NCBI GenBank assembly: GCA_004431415.1
Contig: QPMI01000452.1
Span: 319,769-383,768, forward strand
DNA from: Cyanophora paradoxa CCMP329
Lineage: Eukaryota; Plantae; Glaucophyta
Direction: 5' to 3'
DNA length: 64,000 bases
Shown here in pieces: positions 12,556 through 24,316 of the stretch. The position numbers and the translations under genes were made by a program. Position 1 is the stretch's first letter, and every line of letters begins with the position of its first letter. The notes under the pieces were generated by a model that did not search any database, had not been told where the DNA came from, and was given only the letters and a program-made list of their open reading frames with translations.

Positions 12556-13366
12556 GCCTGCGGGGCGGACCCGGGCGGTCAGCGGCAGAAGCGCCCCGCG
12601 GGGAGTGCGCCCACGCCCCGCCCGGCGTTTCGAAGTTCCCCAGCGCTGGGCCGCGCTGGGCTCCAGTCTGAGCTCTGGGTCGCGCCTTCTGACCCTCAAC
12701 CTGAACCTAACTTCTGCGCCGGACCCGGCGATGCCCAACGATAACTTCTGACCCGTACCTATGGCCCAACTTCTGCGCCGGACCCGGCCATGCTCGAAAT
12801 CGCCCGGCGGCAACTAGCGACAACTAGGGCGTCGCGCATTTCGATGGATCTCCGTGCCGCAGCGCTAGCAGAGCCGGCGCCAAGCTTGGGAACGAACTTC
12901 TGAAGTGATGCGAACCGCAGCGAACCGCTGCGAACGAAGCGCCGGGGTACAATCGTTTGCCCGCTGCATCAACTTTCATGCGGAGCATCGGCGGCAGGAG
13001 ATCGTCATCGCAGCAGTAGAGGCCACTTGCAGCAGTGACTTGCTTGAATCGAGCTTATCCAGCCCGACCTGCGAATCAGAGGCTGCGATAGCGGATCGCG
13101 CTCAGCGAGTTTGCGGGCGGAGCGCGTTCGCGCGTTTGTGGAGATCCTTATCTTTGGAGCTGGAGATCTCATGGCCGGCTGCTTGCCTGCGACGTGACGG
13201 GACAGCTTGCGAGCTTAATCGAGGACGCCCGCAACCGGCCCTGAGCAGGAGCCCCCGCTTGCGTAGTGAGTGCACTGATTCTTGCAGGCGTCCCTGAGGC
13301 GCCCAGCCCGCGCGCAGCTAAGCCGCGGCTCCTGCACTGCAGCAGGTCGGCGGCGCGGCGTTGGCG

Positions 13367-14255
13367 ATGGCTTCTGAGGAGGCCGCCCCGGCCGAGGGGG
13401 CGGCGGCGTCGATCGACGTCGCTCCGTCGAGCCCTGGTCCCTCCCACGACCGCGCGAGCACCGCCCTCGCCGCGGCCGACGCGCCAACGGCCGCAGCCGC
13501 TGCCCTCCCGCCCGCCTCCTCCCACGCGCCGCCGGAGCCGCCGGCGCCGCCCTCCGCGCCCGCGACGGCCCGGCGAGCCCCTTCCGCGCGGGGGCGTCCC
13601 CCGCGCCGCCCCGCCGGCGCTGACGCTCACGCGGGCGGCGGAGGCGCCGGGGCCGCAGGGGCCGCCGCCGTCCCTCTCGCTACCGGCCTTCCCGGCGGAC
13701 TTCCGCGCGGCGACCGCACCGGCGCAGCTCAGCCACCGCAGCTCCCGTGCGCCCCGCCCCGCCCCTCCCCGCCCCGCCCCGGCGCCCCGCCAGGAGCCGC
13801 GGGCCAGCGGATCCGCTGGGGTCTCGCCTCACGGGGCGGGGCGGGGCGGCAGAGTCGCAGGCGGTGTCGGAATCAATCGGTCTGCTGCGGACGATGCGGC
13901 TGCGCGGCGGCGCCGGCCCGCCGCACGCCGACGGCGCCCTGTACCTGCGCCACGGCGAAATGGCCCTCAACAAGCGCATGTGGAAGGTCCGCGCCGGGCG
14001 CGCCCAGGGCAGCCCCCTTCCCGTCATGCTCTGAGCGCCGTGGCGCAGGACGGGGCGGAGCAGCTGCTGGTGTGCCTGGCGTACAACGACGGCGACCCGC
14101 GCGCCTCGCACAGCTTCGGCAGCGCCGTGGAGCATATCCGCCGCGACCGCCCCTTCTGGGATCCCGGTCCGCCAGTTCAAAGGCTTAGGCGCCGGTCCCG
14201 CTGGCCGCTGAGCGCTTTCGGCGCAGTGGTGAAGCCGCGGCAGTCGCTGGACTTT
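13367..14255 (+). pseudogene. 5' partial copy of the host gene at 17306-21282
   Basis: MASEEAA...ESIGLLRTMRLRGGAG...NKRMWK exons. Homology ends at about 14255. Confidence 0.7.
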
Positions 14256-14467
14256 AGCCGGGATAGCCGCAGTGGTGAAGCCGCGGGATAGCCGGTATAG
14301 CCGGGATAGCTGGGATAGCCGTTCCAGGAGAGTCCCAAAAGGGGCCCGCCCACCGTCCTGTCCCCTGCAGCCGCTGAGCTGCCGCAGCGCCCCCATTCCC
14401 CTCAAGGAGCCCGGCAAGCGGCGTCTTGGGGGGTCGGGGCCGGGGCCGGTCTAGGGCCCCTCGGGAG

Positions 14468-14637
14468 GGCCCTACGGGGCACCCCTGGCCCCTCTTTCAC
14501 TGGGGCCGGCGGAGTGGGCCGGGGCGGCGGGCCCGGGCGGCGGGGCTCGGGCCTACGGGGCACCCCGGGCCCCTCTTTCACTGGGGCCGGCGGAGTGGGC
14601 CGGGGCGGCGGGCCCGGGCGGCGGGGCTCGGGCCTAT
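14468..14637. repeat. About 81-bp GC-rich tandem duplication (x2)
   Basis: ggcccctctttcactggggccggcggagtgggccgggg... occurs twice in tandem. Confidence 0.8.
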
Positions 14638-15208
14638 ATATAGACGGGTCGTGGCGGGCTGGCCCGTAGTGGAAGGGCCCGCCCCCATTTCTAGGAAGGA
14701 GTCGCTCCCAGAGGACCCGGTGGCTCCCAGGAGTCCGGGACCGGGGCAAGCGCTTGGGTCGGATTCCGGAGGTTCCCCCCACCCCCACCCCCCCCCCCCA
14801 CCCACCCCTCCCCCCCCGGCCCCCCCCCGCCACCCCGCCCCCCCACGCCTCGCCCCGCCTCGCCTCGCCAGCACCGTGGGGCCGAGGCGGCAGGCCAGGG
14901 GAGCCCCTCTCTTCCCCCGCGGGGGCGGCGGTCCCTAGATGTCTCGAGATCGGATGGTACCATCTAATTAAAGCGATGTCGGGCGGCGGTACCATCTACA
15001 TTACGCTCGAGAGCTTTCAACGGCTCTGTATTCGATTGAACTTGATCCTCGAACAATGAACCTTCGTGCCTTCGTACATTCCTTCATGATCATATATATA
15101 CGCAATGAACACGAGGTTGGAAAGAGGGGCGGCGACACAAGGGATGCATGCACACGGCTGAGACCGCGCTCGACTCGCTGCCACTCGCGGCGCCGAGTCG
15201 CGGCGAGC

Positions 15209-16417
15209 TCAATCGTAGATGGGGACGGACCCCCCGAAGGGCTCGCGGCAAATGGGACACGTTCCCGCCCCGCCGGCAAGCCGCTGGACGCAGGCCGCGC
15301 AGACGACGTGCCCGCAGGGGTGGAGGAGCCGCCGCTCGCCCCGCTCCTTCTCGTCCAGGCACACCTGCCGGCCCAGCATCAAGCGGGCCGGCGGCAGCTG
15401 GATCAGACTGCGACGCGCGCAGCTGCGCACCGGGCACTCGAATCGGTTGAGAGCGGCGGCCCGCGCTGCGATCCGCAGCTCCTCCACACGCGCCAGGGCC
15501 CCTTTCAGCCGCTCGGCCGCCGCCGCGAGCTCCGCCTCGCCCCAGGGCCCGCCGCCGGGCGCGCCGCCAGCGCTGCCGCCCTCGTACAGCGCCAGCCGCT
15601 CCTCGGCCCGGAGACGCGCGGCCTCCGCCTCCGCCAGCCGCCCGCGGAGCTTTGTCGCCTCCGCCGCCGCCCGCCGCTCGCGCTGCGCCGCCGCCTCGAG
15701 CTCCGCCCGCGCCTCCTCCCGCAGCCGCGCGGCCGCCGCCTCCAGCTGCGCCGCCACGGCCTCCAGGGGCAGTGGAGAATCGGGGGCGGCTCCCGCTGCG
15801 GCCCGTGTCGGGAGGTTGGAGGGCGGGGCGGGAGCCGGGGAGGCCGGAGCAGCGGGGGGGGGGGGGTGCGAGGCAAGCGGGGCGGAGGGGGTGGGCTGTC
15901 GCGGGATGTGAGGGGCGGAACGCGAGGGGAGGGGGGGGGGGGGGGGGTAGCCCACTGCGGGGGCGGGGTAGAGGAGGGAGAGGAGGTAGGGCTCGACGGC
16001 GGTGAGCTGGGCTTGACCATTCCCAGGTGCGGCGATGACGGCGCGGCGGACGGGCTCGGGCCACGAGTCCACGACGGGGTTGCGTTCGACGTACAGCTGC
16101 TCCAGGGCGGCGAGGCGGCCGATCTCCGGCGGCAGCGCCGTCAGCCGGTTGTCGCGCACGTACAGTTCCTTCAGGTTCGCGAGGCGGCCAGTCTCTTGCG
16201 GCAGCTCCATCAGTTGGTTGCTCTGCAGCCACAGCGTGTCCAGGTTCGTCAGCTTGGCGAGCTCGGCGCCCGGGATGCGCGTGAGCTTGTTCCCGTCGAG
16301 GTCGAGCACGCGGATGTTCTCCGGCCCCGCCGCCGCGATCTCCGCCGCCGGCCACTCCGTTCGCCCCTCCCCCGCCAGGTCCAGCTTCCCCTCTGCCGCG
16401 ATCCAACCCCTGCCCAT
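15209..16417 (-). CDS. LRR-coiled-coil-RING (C3HC4) E3 ubiquitin ligase, apparently intact
   Basis: About 4 LRRs, a Pro-rich linker and a coiled coil. Removing an in-frame gtgcg...cag intron gives CPVC...PCGHVVCAAC...CPICR. Confidence 0.88.
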   Translation of the reverse strand: MGRGWIAAEGKLDLAGEGRTEWPAAEIAAAGPENIRVLDLDGNKLTRIPGAELAKLTNLDTLWLQSNQLMELPQETGRLANLKELYVRDNRLTALPPEIGRLAALEQLYVERNPVVDSWPEPVRRAVIAAPGNGQAQLTAVEPYLLSLLYPAPAVGYPPPPPLPSRSAPHIPRQPTPSAPLASHPPPPAAPASPAPAPPSNLPTRAAAGAAPDSPLPLEAVAAQLEAAAARLREEARAELEAAAQRERRAAAEATKLRGRLAEAEAARLRAEERLALYEGGSAGGAPGGGPWGEAELAAAAERLKGALARVEELRIAARAAALNRFECPVRSCARRSLIQLPPARLMLGRQVCLDEKERGERRLLHPCGHVVCAACVQRLAGGAGTCPICREPFGGSVPIYD

Positions 16418-17305
16418 GCCTGCGGGGCGGTCAGCGGCAGAAGCGCATTCCGAAGTTCCGGCCTGCGGCCCGGCCGACCCGAGCCGAGCCGAGCCCAGGG
16501 CGGCTCGATGCGGCGCCGAGCTTCGATGCGGCACTAGCGGTAGCGGCACTTCGATGGATCTCCTTGCTGCAGCAGAGCCAAGCTTCCGGAACAGGCCGCT
16601 CGGAGCCGGCGCTGCAGCTGGCTGCTTGGCGCTAGGAGCTAGAACGCTAGGAGGAGCAAGCGCGCGCGGCGGCCCGGCGGGCGATGATCCAAAACTGCAT
16701 CGATATCGATATCGCTGCTGGGCGATGGTCCAAAACTGTAGCGATGGCTGCTTGGGTGAGCAAGCGCGCGCGGCGGGCGATATTCAACTTCTGAAGTGTT
16801 GCGAACGAGTTGCGCGTTCTGCGAAGCTGCGAATTCGAAGTGTTCTGAAGCTGAAGTGTTGCGAACCGCAGCGAGCCGCTGCGAACCGCAGCGAACGAAG
16901 CGCCAGGGTACAGTCGTTTGCCAACGCTGCATCCACTTTCACGCGGAGCACCGGCGGCAGGAGATCGTCATCGCAGCAATAGAGGCCACTTGCTTGAATC
17001 GAGCTAAGCCAGCCCGGCCCGCGATAGCGGCTCAACGCTCAGCGAAATTGCGGGCGGGGCGAGTACGCGCGTGTGTGGTGTGCACACGCCCGACGGGATC
17101 TCGAAAGTTTGAGATCGCATGGCCGCCTGCTTGCCTGCGACGTGACGGGACAGCTTACGAGCCTAATCGAGGCGCCCGCAACCGGCCCTGAGCAGGAGCT
17201 CCCTCTTGCGTAGTGAGTGCACTGCTTCTTGTAGACGTCCCTGAAGCGCCCAGCCCGCGCGTAGCTAAGCCGCCGCTTCTGCAGGTCGGCGGCGCAGCAT
17301 CCGCG

Positions 17306-20300
17306 ATGGCGTCTGAGGAGGCGGCCCAGGCCGACGGCGCGGCGGCGCCGATCGACGTCGCCGCGTCGAGCGCGGGCCCCTCCCACGACCGCGCGAGCAC
17401 TGCCCCTGCCGTGGCCGCCGCGCCAACGGCCTCCGCCTCCTCCCTCCCGCCAGCCTCCTCCCACGCGCCACCAGAGCCGCCGGCGCCGCCCTCGGCGCCC
17501 GCGACGGCCCCAGCGAGCCCCTTCCGCGCGGAGGCGGCCGCCGCGCCGCCCGCGCCGGCGCTGACGCTCACGCGGGCGGCGGAGGCGCCGGGACCGCCGG
17601 GCCGCCCCGCCCGCTCGCTACCGGCCTTCCCGGCGGACTTTCGCGCGGCGACCGCACCGGCGCAGCTCAGCCGCCGCAGCTCCCGTGCGCCCCGCCCCGC
17701 CCCGGCGCCCCGCCAGGAGCCGCGGGCCAGCAGGGGCCGCCGGGACCTCACGGGGCGGGGCGGGGCGGCAGAGTCGCAGGCGGTGTCGGAGTCGATCGGG
17801 CTGCTGCGGACGATGCGGCTGCGCGGCGGCGCCGGCTCGCCGCACGCCGACGGCGCCCTGTACCTGCGCCACGGCGAAATGGCCCTCAACAAGCGCATGT
17901 GGAAGGCCCGCCCCGGGCGCGCCCTGGGCCGCTCCGTCCCCGCCCTGCTCTGAACGCTGCGGCGCAGGACGGGGCGGAGCAGCTGCTGGTGTGCCTGGCG
18001 TACAACGACGGCGACCCGCGCGCCTCGCACAGCTTCGGCAGCGCCGTGGAGCACATCCGCCGCGACCGCCCCTTCTGGGATCCCGGTCCGCCAGTCCCAG
18101 CCACTAGACCGGCGCCGATCGAGCGCAGCCGCCCGCCGGGCCCGCCGGCGGCCGCTGAGCGCTTTCGGCGCAGTGGTGAAGCCGCGGCAGTCGCTGGACT
18201 TTGGCGGGCTCGTCCGCACGCGCACCCGCCGCCTCGCCGACTTGGATCCCGTCAAGGCCCGGTGCGGCTGTCTGCCCGCTCGGCACCGCGCGGGGATCGC
18301 TGAGACGGGGCGCGCCGGGTGGGCAGGCCGCGGCCCATCCGCAAGATCATAGACGACTTCCCCGAAATGTGGCGCCTGGCTCGCATGGGTACGGCAACTT
18401 TCCGTATACCGGATTCGCCTCCGACGCCGTACCCCCGCAGACGAGACGGTGCGGACCCGCTCCGGGTACGTGCCCCACGAGGAGCTCAACGAGGCGAGCG
18501 CCCGTACCCCTTTCCGGCTCCATCCCCGTTCCTGATGCCTGTACCCCTGCTCGCCCTCCCGCGCAGCTGCGGGGCATGTTCCACAAAGAGTCCGTACCCC
18601 TTCCTCCCCAACTCTTCCCCCCCCCCGGCCCCTTACCCGTACCCCCCAGGTACTACATCCCCGTACGGAACATCTTCCGCTACTACGCGCGCCTCGATGG
18701 CGCCAAGGCGCGTGTACCCCTCCCCTCCTTCCGCTCCCATACCCCTGACCCGGCCGGCGGGGGTACAGGTGAAGGCGATCGCGGTGCGGGCGCGGCGCGT
18801 CGACGGGGAGGAGATGTACACGGTCAACAAGCGGGGTACACCCGCACCCCTGCCTCCCCACCGTCCCCGCCTGCCTGCCGCTCACCTGATCTCCTTTCTC
18901 CCCCCCCCTCAGAGTTCGACGTCTTCGTGCAGGACTGCCAGCTGCTCTGCCGCGAGCTCACCGCCCCCAAGGCGCGCCCCTGGGAGGGGTATGGGATAGC
19001 CTAGTTCCGAGGTTTACCGGATGCCGGGCCTCGTATCCCCCTGCCCTCCTCTTTATTTAGTTTGTACCCCCAAGGCGCGCCCCTGGCAGGGGCTCGGCCG
19101 CAGAGGCTGGGCTGTCGCCGGGTCCTAGGGTCCGGGCGGTCCGAGGCGGGCTCATGTCTAGGCTCGGACTTTGGGTTTTGGGCCGCCCCACCTGACGACC
19201 GTTCCTCCCACCCCACCATTCCCCTTCCTCAGGTGAACATCGTGTTCATTTCGGCGAACAAGGACCCCCCCAAGGCCCTCGTCGAGTCCATGGCCCGCGC
19301 GGTGCGGTACCCGCCCTCCTCTTCTTCCCCCCCCCCCTCCACCCTCCTCATTCTCGCCCCAGGGCGCCCCGATCGAGGTGGAGGGAAACAACAAGCTGAC
19401 GATGGTGCGCGTCCTTGAATCGTCCGCCGGTACTAAGCGGGATTACCCTCTCCTCCTCTCCTCCTTTCCTTCTAGAGCCCTAAAGGCGCCAAAGGACGCG
19501 TCCCCCGGGATCATGGGCGAGCGCTACAGCCTTCGCCCTCGCCGCCGTAGCGCCTAGCGCTGCTAGCGCTACGCACCCGCCTAGGCGAGCGGCGAGCCCA
19601 TTGCTGCTCCCGCGGCCGCCGTCCCGCCGCTGCGTCCTTGGATCCCGCTTAGCCACTAAGCCGCTACTAAGCCGCTACTAAGCCGCGTAGCTTCTGGGCT
19701 TCTTCTAGGCCGCCCCGCCTCGCCGATCCTCGCCGCCCCATGCCTCTCTGATGATCCTCGGGGGATCATGGGCAAGCGCCCCGGCCTAGGCTCCCGTCGC
19801 TGCTCCCGCGGCCGCCGCCCCGCCGCCGCTTCCCTGAACCTAGCTAAGCTACTAAGCCGCCCCGCTGCTTTCCTTCTACCCTCCGCCCCGCCTCGCCTCC
19901 CACTCAACCACTAAGCCGCTTCTCCTCCCCCTCCGTTCCTTTCTTTCTAAGCCGCTTCTCCTCTTTCTAAATCTAACGGCCTTTCCCCGCGCAGGTGCTG
20001 CCGGAGTTCATGAACGCCGTCGTCCGCCTCGCCAACCTCCGCTACGTCCGTACCCCCCGGCCCCGCCGGAGGATCTCGGCTTAGCTCTTAGACCCTATCC
20101 CCCCGCCCCGGCCCCGCCCCCGCCCGGCCCCCGCCCCTCTCAACCCCCCGGCCCCGGCCCCTGAGGAGAGCCTCGGGCAGGCGCGCGTGGGGAAGACGGC
20201 GGCCCCGGCCCCGGCCCCGCCGCATAAGCTTCTTAGCTGGAGACCCATAAGCTCTTATGCTTCTAAGCTTCATAAGCTTAAGAGCATAAGGACGGAACCC

Positions 20301-21282
20301 ATAAGCCCTTAAGCCTCCCGCACCCGCCCCTGAGGAGAGCCTCGGGCAGGCGCGCGTGGGGAAGACGGTGGCGGAGCGCTTCGTGATGCTCATGGAGCGC
20401 GACGTCCTCCCCAACGCCAGGTGGTGCGCGGTTGCTTAAGATTCATAGAAAAGGGGGAGGGCCGAGAGAAATCTCTGTTGCACCGAGAGAAATCTCTCTA
20501 GTCTGCGCCGGGACGGCGGTGGTGCGCCCGCCGGCCCGGGCCCGGGGCTCCTTTAGCTTCAGGGGCGCGCCGGGTCCTCCCCCACCGGCCCTCGACCTAG
20601 AACGTCTCGGGTCCTCCCCACCGGCCCTCGACCTAGAACGCCCTCGACACCGGCGGCGGCCCTTGCGCGGGGCTCTGCGGTGGCTCCGACCCGATGCCGT
20701 AGAGCGGCTCCGGCGCCCTCGAGCGCGGGGCTCGCCTGAGGGCCGCCCGACGGCGCAGGGACGACGTGAGATTGATTGCTAGATTGAGGCGCTGCGCGCC
20801 GATATATAACTCTGTGCTAGATCTGACGGCGTGATCCGCTTGATCCGAGGGCCGGCCGCCCGACGGCCGCCCGAGGCCCGGAAATCCTCCTCTAGACCGC
20901 TCATGCTCCTCCTCCTCGGGGCCGCCTCGCCTGAGGGCCGGCCGGGCGCGCAGGGACGACGTGCAGGAGTTCCGCCGCCTCGTGCAGCGCGGCGCCGTCC
21001 TGGTGCGCCCGCCCCTTGCCCCCAGGAACCCGCTCCAGTCCTAGGGGTGAGATCTGGATCTGGGGGAACCCCCTTCTGCTTCTTCTCCTTCTCCATAAAA
21101 CTATCTTGCATCATATCTACCTATCTATCTATCTCACATCTATTTTCGCGCCAGGTTCCGCAACCCTCCCTCGCAGACGACGGCGCGCCCCGCTGCCCTA
21201 CCCCTCCCCCCGTCCGCCCCCCCTACCCCCGCTGACGTTCCCCCCCCCCAGACGTGACCATCGCGGACGACCACGCCAAGGT
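17306..21282 (+). CDS. Multi-exon host gene of unknown function (3' end uncertain)
   Basis: Short exons bounded by cag/gt: NKRMWK, DGAEQLLVCLAY, KIIDDFPEMWR, YYIPVRNIFRYY, EFDVFVQDCQLL, VNIVFISANK, VLPEFMNAVVRLANLRY, FVMLMERDVLPNAR. Confidence 0.6.
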
Positions 21283-22561
21283 GCCCTTGGGCCGCCCCCT
21301 CGCCCCCGCCCCGGCCCCGCCTCCGGCCCCCGGCCCCGCCCCCGCCCCCGCCCCCGCCAGCTAAGGAGGACCTCCCGCAGGCGCGGGTTGGGAACAGCAA
21401 GGGCGTTCCGGGCGGACAGCCGGGGCCTCTGTATCGGCGGGCCGTTCGGGCCCTGCCGGAGCGAAACCACTCCCCCCGGCCTGCCTACCGCTCACCTGAC
21501 ATCCTCCCTCAGCTCCGGGCCCAGAGCTGACTCTCGGCTGCTCTGCCCCGGACCTGCCACCGTCCTCACCGCCCTTCAGGAGCCCATCAAGCGGCTTCTT
21601 GGGGGGTCGAACCGGGGGCCAGTCTAGGGACCCAGGAACCCGGGCCCGGGTCGCTCCCAGGCGCCCGGGGCCGGGGCAGGCGCTTGGGGGTACAGGTGGG
21701 GACGATCGCGGGTCTGAGGGCCGTCGGCTGCTCCGCCGCGAGCCCGCCGCTCGCCGCGCCCGAGGTGCGCACGCCCGCCCCGGCCTCCTCTGCTCCCTCC
21801 TCCCAAGCGCGGGCGCGGGCGCTGGCGCCCCCCTTCGTCTCCCTGCCCGCCTTCGCTCGAGCGGAGAGGGGGTAAGGTTCGCCGTCCCCGGAGCCCCGCT
21901 GTTGAAGTACAACGTTCAAATCTGTGATTCTTTCAAAATTGCAAGAGGAGATCATTAAAAAATGAGAGTACCCCCATCGGGGTGGGCCCGCCCTCTTTGC
22001 AACCCTCACCTCTCCGGACACACCCCAACCCACCCACTCCGACGCCTTCCCAGCCCTCATTCTCCTCCACCCCTCCGCTATGTCTACTGCCCTCCTCTCC
22101 CTCTGGTCTACCTCCCCTCCATCCAGCAACCGCTAGGTAATATCTAACGTCTAGACCAAGCGATCTTGCAAAAGATATAGCAGTGAATTGAGGCGGGCCC
22201 CCAAACGCGCCGGTCTGCAGAGACCTCCTAGAGCTCTCTATCGGAATAAGCTAGACGTGATTGATGTGTACAGAGAAGCTTACTGCCGAAACGCAATCCA
22301 GCTCTAGCTTGAGGTCTATCTAGGTGTTAACTGCGGCTATAGCTAAGCCTGCGCCTGCGCCTGCGCCTCCGCCTGCACCTGCGCCTGCACCTGCGCTTGC
22401 ACCTGCGCCTGCTGCTGCTGGGAATGCTGAAGGTAGGTAAGAAGAGACGCGCGCGCTTGTTTGAATGAGCCCATTGTGCTTTCCAGGCGCTCCATCATGA
22501 TGTTGTATTCATCCATGCTCTGCAAAGTTGCAAGCAATCAGCCACTGTCCATGTGCATGCG

Positions 22562-23044
22562 TCAAACGAGCGTAGCTATAGGCGGCCTCCGCTCAGCTAG
22601 GGCCGCCGGGCGAACCTTGCAGCCCTTGTTCCAAAGGCATTGCTTGAGTGCTAAGACATCGTTGAAGTACGATGCTGCTGCAGGGAACCACTCCGAGAAG
22701 AGCTGCTCGAAGGCTATGATCTGTGCCTGGACGTGATGCGCCTGGAGTTGGTTCTGAATGCGCGGACCTGCAGGTACGGCTGCGCGCGATGTTGCAAGCT
22801 GCTTGTCGCTGGATGGCATAGCTTTGTCTTTCCGCGCTCGAGTGCGGCGGCTCTCCTTCTCGCGCTCTCTCGTCACTTTGCCTGCCTCTGTCGCGCGATA
22901 CCTGGCTACAGCTGCGCGCTGCGCGGGTGATGTCTTGTACTGGCGTTCCACCGTGGACGTGCTATAGCTAGCTGCAGCTTCTGGGGCTCCTGTCAAGTCG
23001 GCCGAAGTCGAGGAAGCTTCTGAGAAACTTGTCCTTTCGTTCAT
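22562..23044 (-). CDS. Basic hypothetical protein, possibly continuing into the Q/A-repeat ORF 22343-22537
   Basis: SPAQRAAVARYRATEAGK basic helix. A similar motif appears in the small frameshifted ORF starting at 62530. Confidence 0.45.
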   Translation of the reverse strand: MNERTSFSEASSTSADLTGAPEAAASYSTSTVERQYKTSPAQRAAVARYRATEAGKVTREREKESRRTRARKDKAMPSSDKQLATSRAAVPAGPRIQNQLQAHHVQAQIIAFEQLFSEWFPAAASYFNDVLALKQCLWNKGCKVRPAALAERRPPIATLV

Positions 23045-23157
23045 CTAACCGTGCTAACCGCGCTCACACGTACGAAAGGCGTCTAACCGCACGCGTCTAA
23101 CCGCTGACGACACCGCTCTAACCGCAGCCGAACCACGGTCTAACCGCAGTCTAACCT
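23044..23157. repeat. Cluster of CTAACCG motifs (about 7 copies)
   Basis: tctaaccg, gctaaccg and gtctaaccg repeated in intergenic DNA. Confidence 0.7.
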
Positions 23158-23643
23158 CAAGCTTCAAGCCGGAGACCGTCGGACCAAGCCGGAGATTAAG
23201 CCGTCAAGCTCGAGCCGGCTAGGGTGAACGTCTCGGGGCAAAACGTTCATAAGCTCGGAACTGCTGCGGCGCCCAGCGCGGGAGACTTGTTTTATCGTGC
23301 TTCTGCATCATACTAAGCATGCGTACGCTTTGGCCGGCGCCTGGTGCGCTTCTGTGCTGAGGTCAAGCCACCATACATCTTAATCGTCAAACCCGACGAT
23401 TAAAGATCTCATCAACGCTGTGGCGCCTGAACGCGCTTGCTGCGGATATCGTACTTATAGATCATGAAACTATAGCATACACAGCGGCTCAGTCCAATTC
23501 GATCTCTGTCGCGAGAAACCACGGTTTACGGGGTCAAAACGTTGTGCCTTCTCAGATCGCCTACTGTAGTGTTATTAGCAGTACTATAAATCGAATCTAA
23601 ATGCATTTGCGTATGTGTTTACATGTATTCAGCTATGGAGCGG

Positions 23644-24291
23644 TCACTCCCAGCGATGCCGGAGCCCTAGCTTAGTGAAGCCGCTCAGCATTGGCTTGTA
23701 CTCGATCGCCGGCCCGACAGGATCAGCACTGCTAGAGGCGATGCGCAGGATCGATGCGTTAGCTACAGGCAGCTCGCTAGCATTCTCATCGACCTCAGGG
23801 ATCGCAACGATCGTCTTAGCAGGAACAGCAGCTGCAGGAGGAGAGACCTTCTTATCAATCTTGGTCTTAGTAATAGGTTCATTTAAAACCTTGTTCTCCA
23901 TCATAGTCTCAGCCGCGATGCCAGCTATAAGATCACTAGCTCGCTTCTTTGAAACTGTTTTAAGACCGGTCACAGTTTTAATGAAATACCTGCTACGATT
24001 AGCCGTCTCTGAGATGTACAGCGGCCCATCGTCAGTATCCTTTAGCTTGCTAGTCTTGGTCTTCTTAGTCCGCGAATTCGGGATCTTATCAAGAATAGCG
24101 TTCTCGTCGGCGGTAAGAGCATAGTCGTTGGATGCACCCTCACCGCCACCAGCGCGACGGACTAGCGGGTAAGCATCAGTATCACCACTCAAGAACTCGA
24201 TGTGATTCTTCTTAGTAGGGCTGGAAGTGACTTCAAGCTGCGGAGTGCGCAGCCGAGACTGCATGTCTGTCGACTTCTTTCGCGGAGGCAT
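23644..24291 (-). CDS. Hypothetical viral protein (MPPRKK start, K/A-rich, possible core protein)
   Basis: 215-aa ORF with an AT-rich leader, co-oriented with the mCP gene. Confidence 0.6.
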   Translation of the reverse strand: MPPRKKSTDMQSRLRTPQLEVTSSPTKKNHIEFLSGDTDAYPLVRRAGGGEGASNDYALTADENAILDKIPNSRTKKTKTSKLKDTDDGPLYISETANRSRYFIKTVTGLKTVSKKRASDLIAGIAAETMMENKVLNEPITKTKIDKKVSPPAAAVPAKTIVAIPEVDENASELPVANASILRIASSSADPVGPAIEYKPMLSGFTKLGLRHRWE

Positions 24292-24316
24292 CTTTTAACT
24301 AGTAGTGGGAAAAAAC

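Noticed and set aside
1-21960. Many long Arg/Gly/Pro/Ala-rich ORFs on both strands
   Set aside because: Expected shadow ORFs in about 70% GC DNA. Real coding exons were identified by domain motifs and splice sites.
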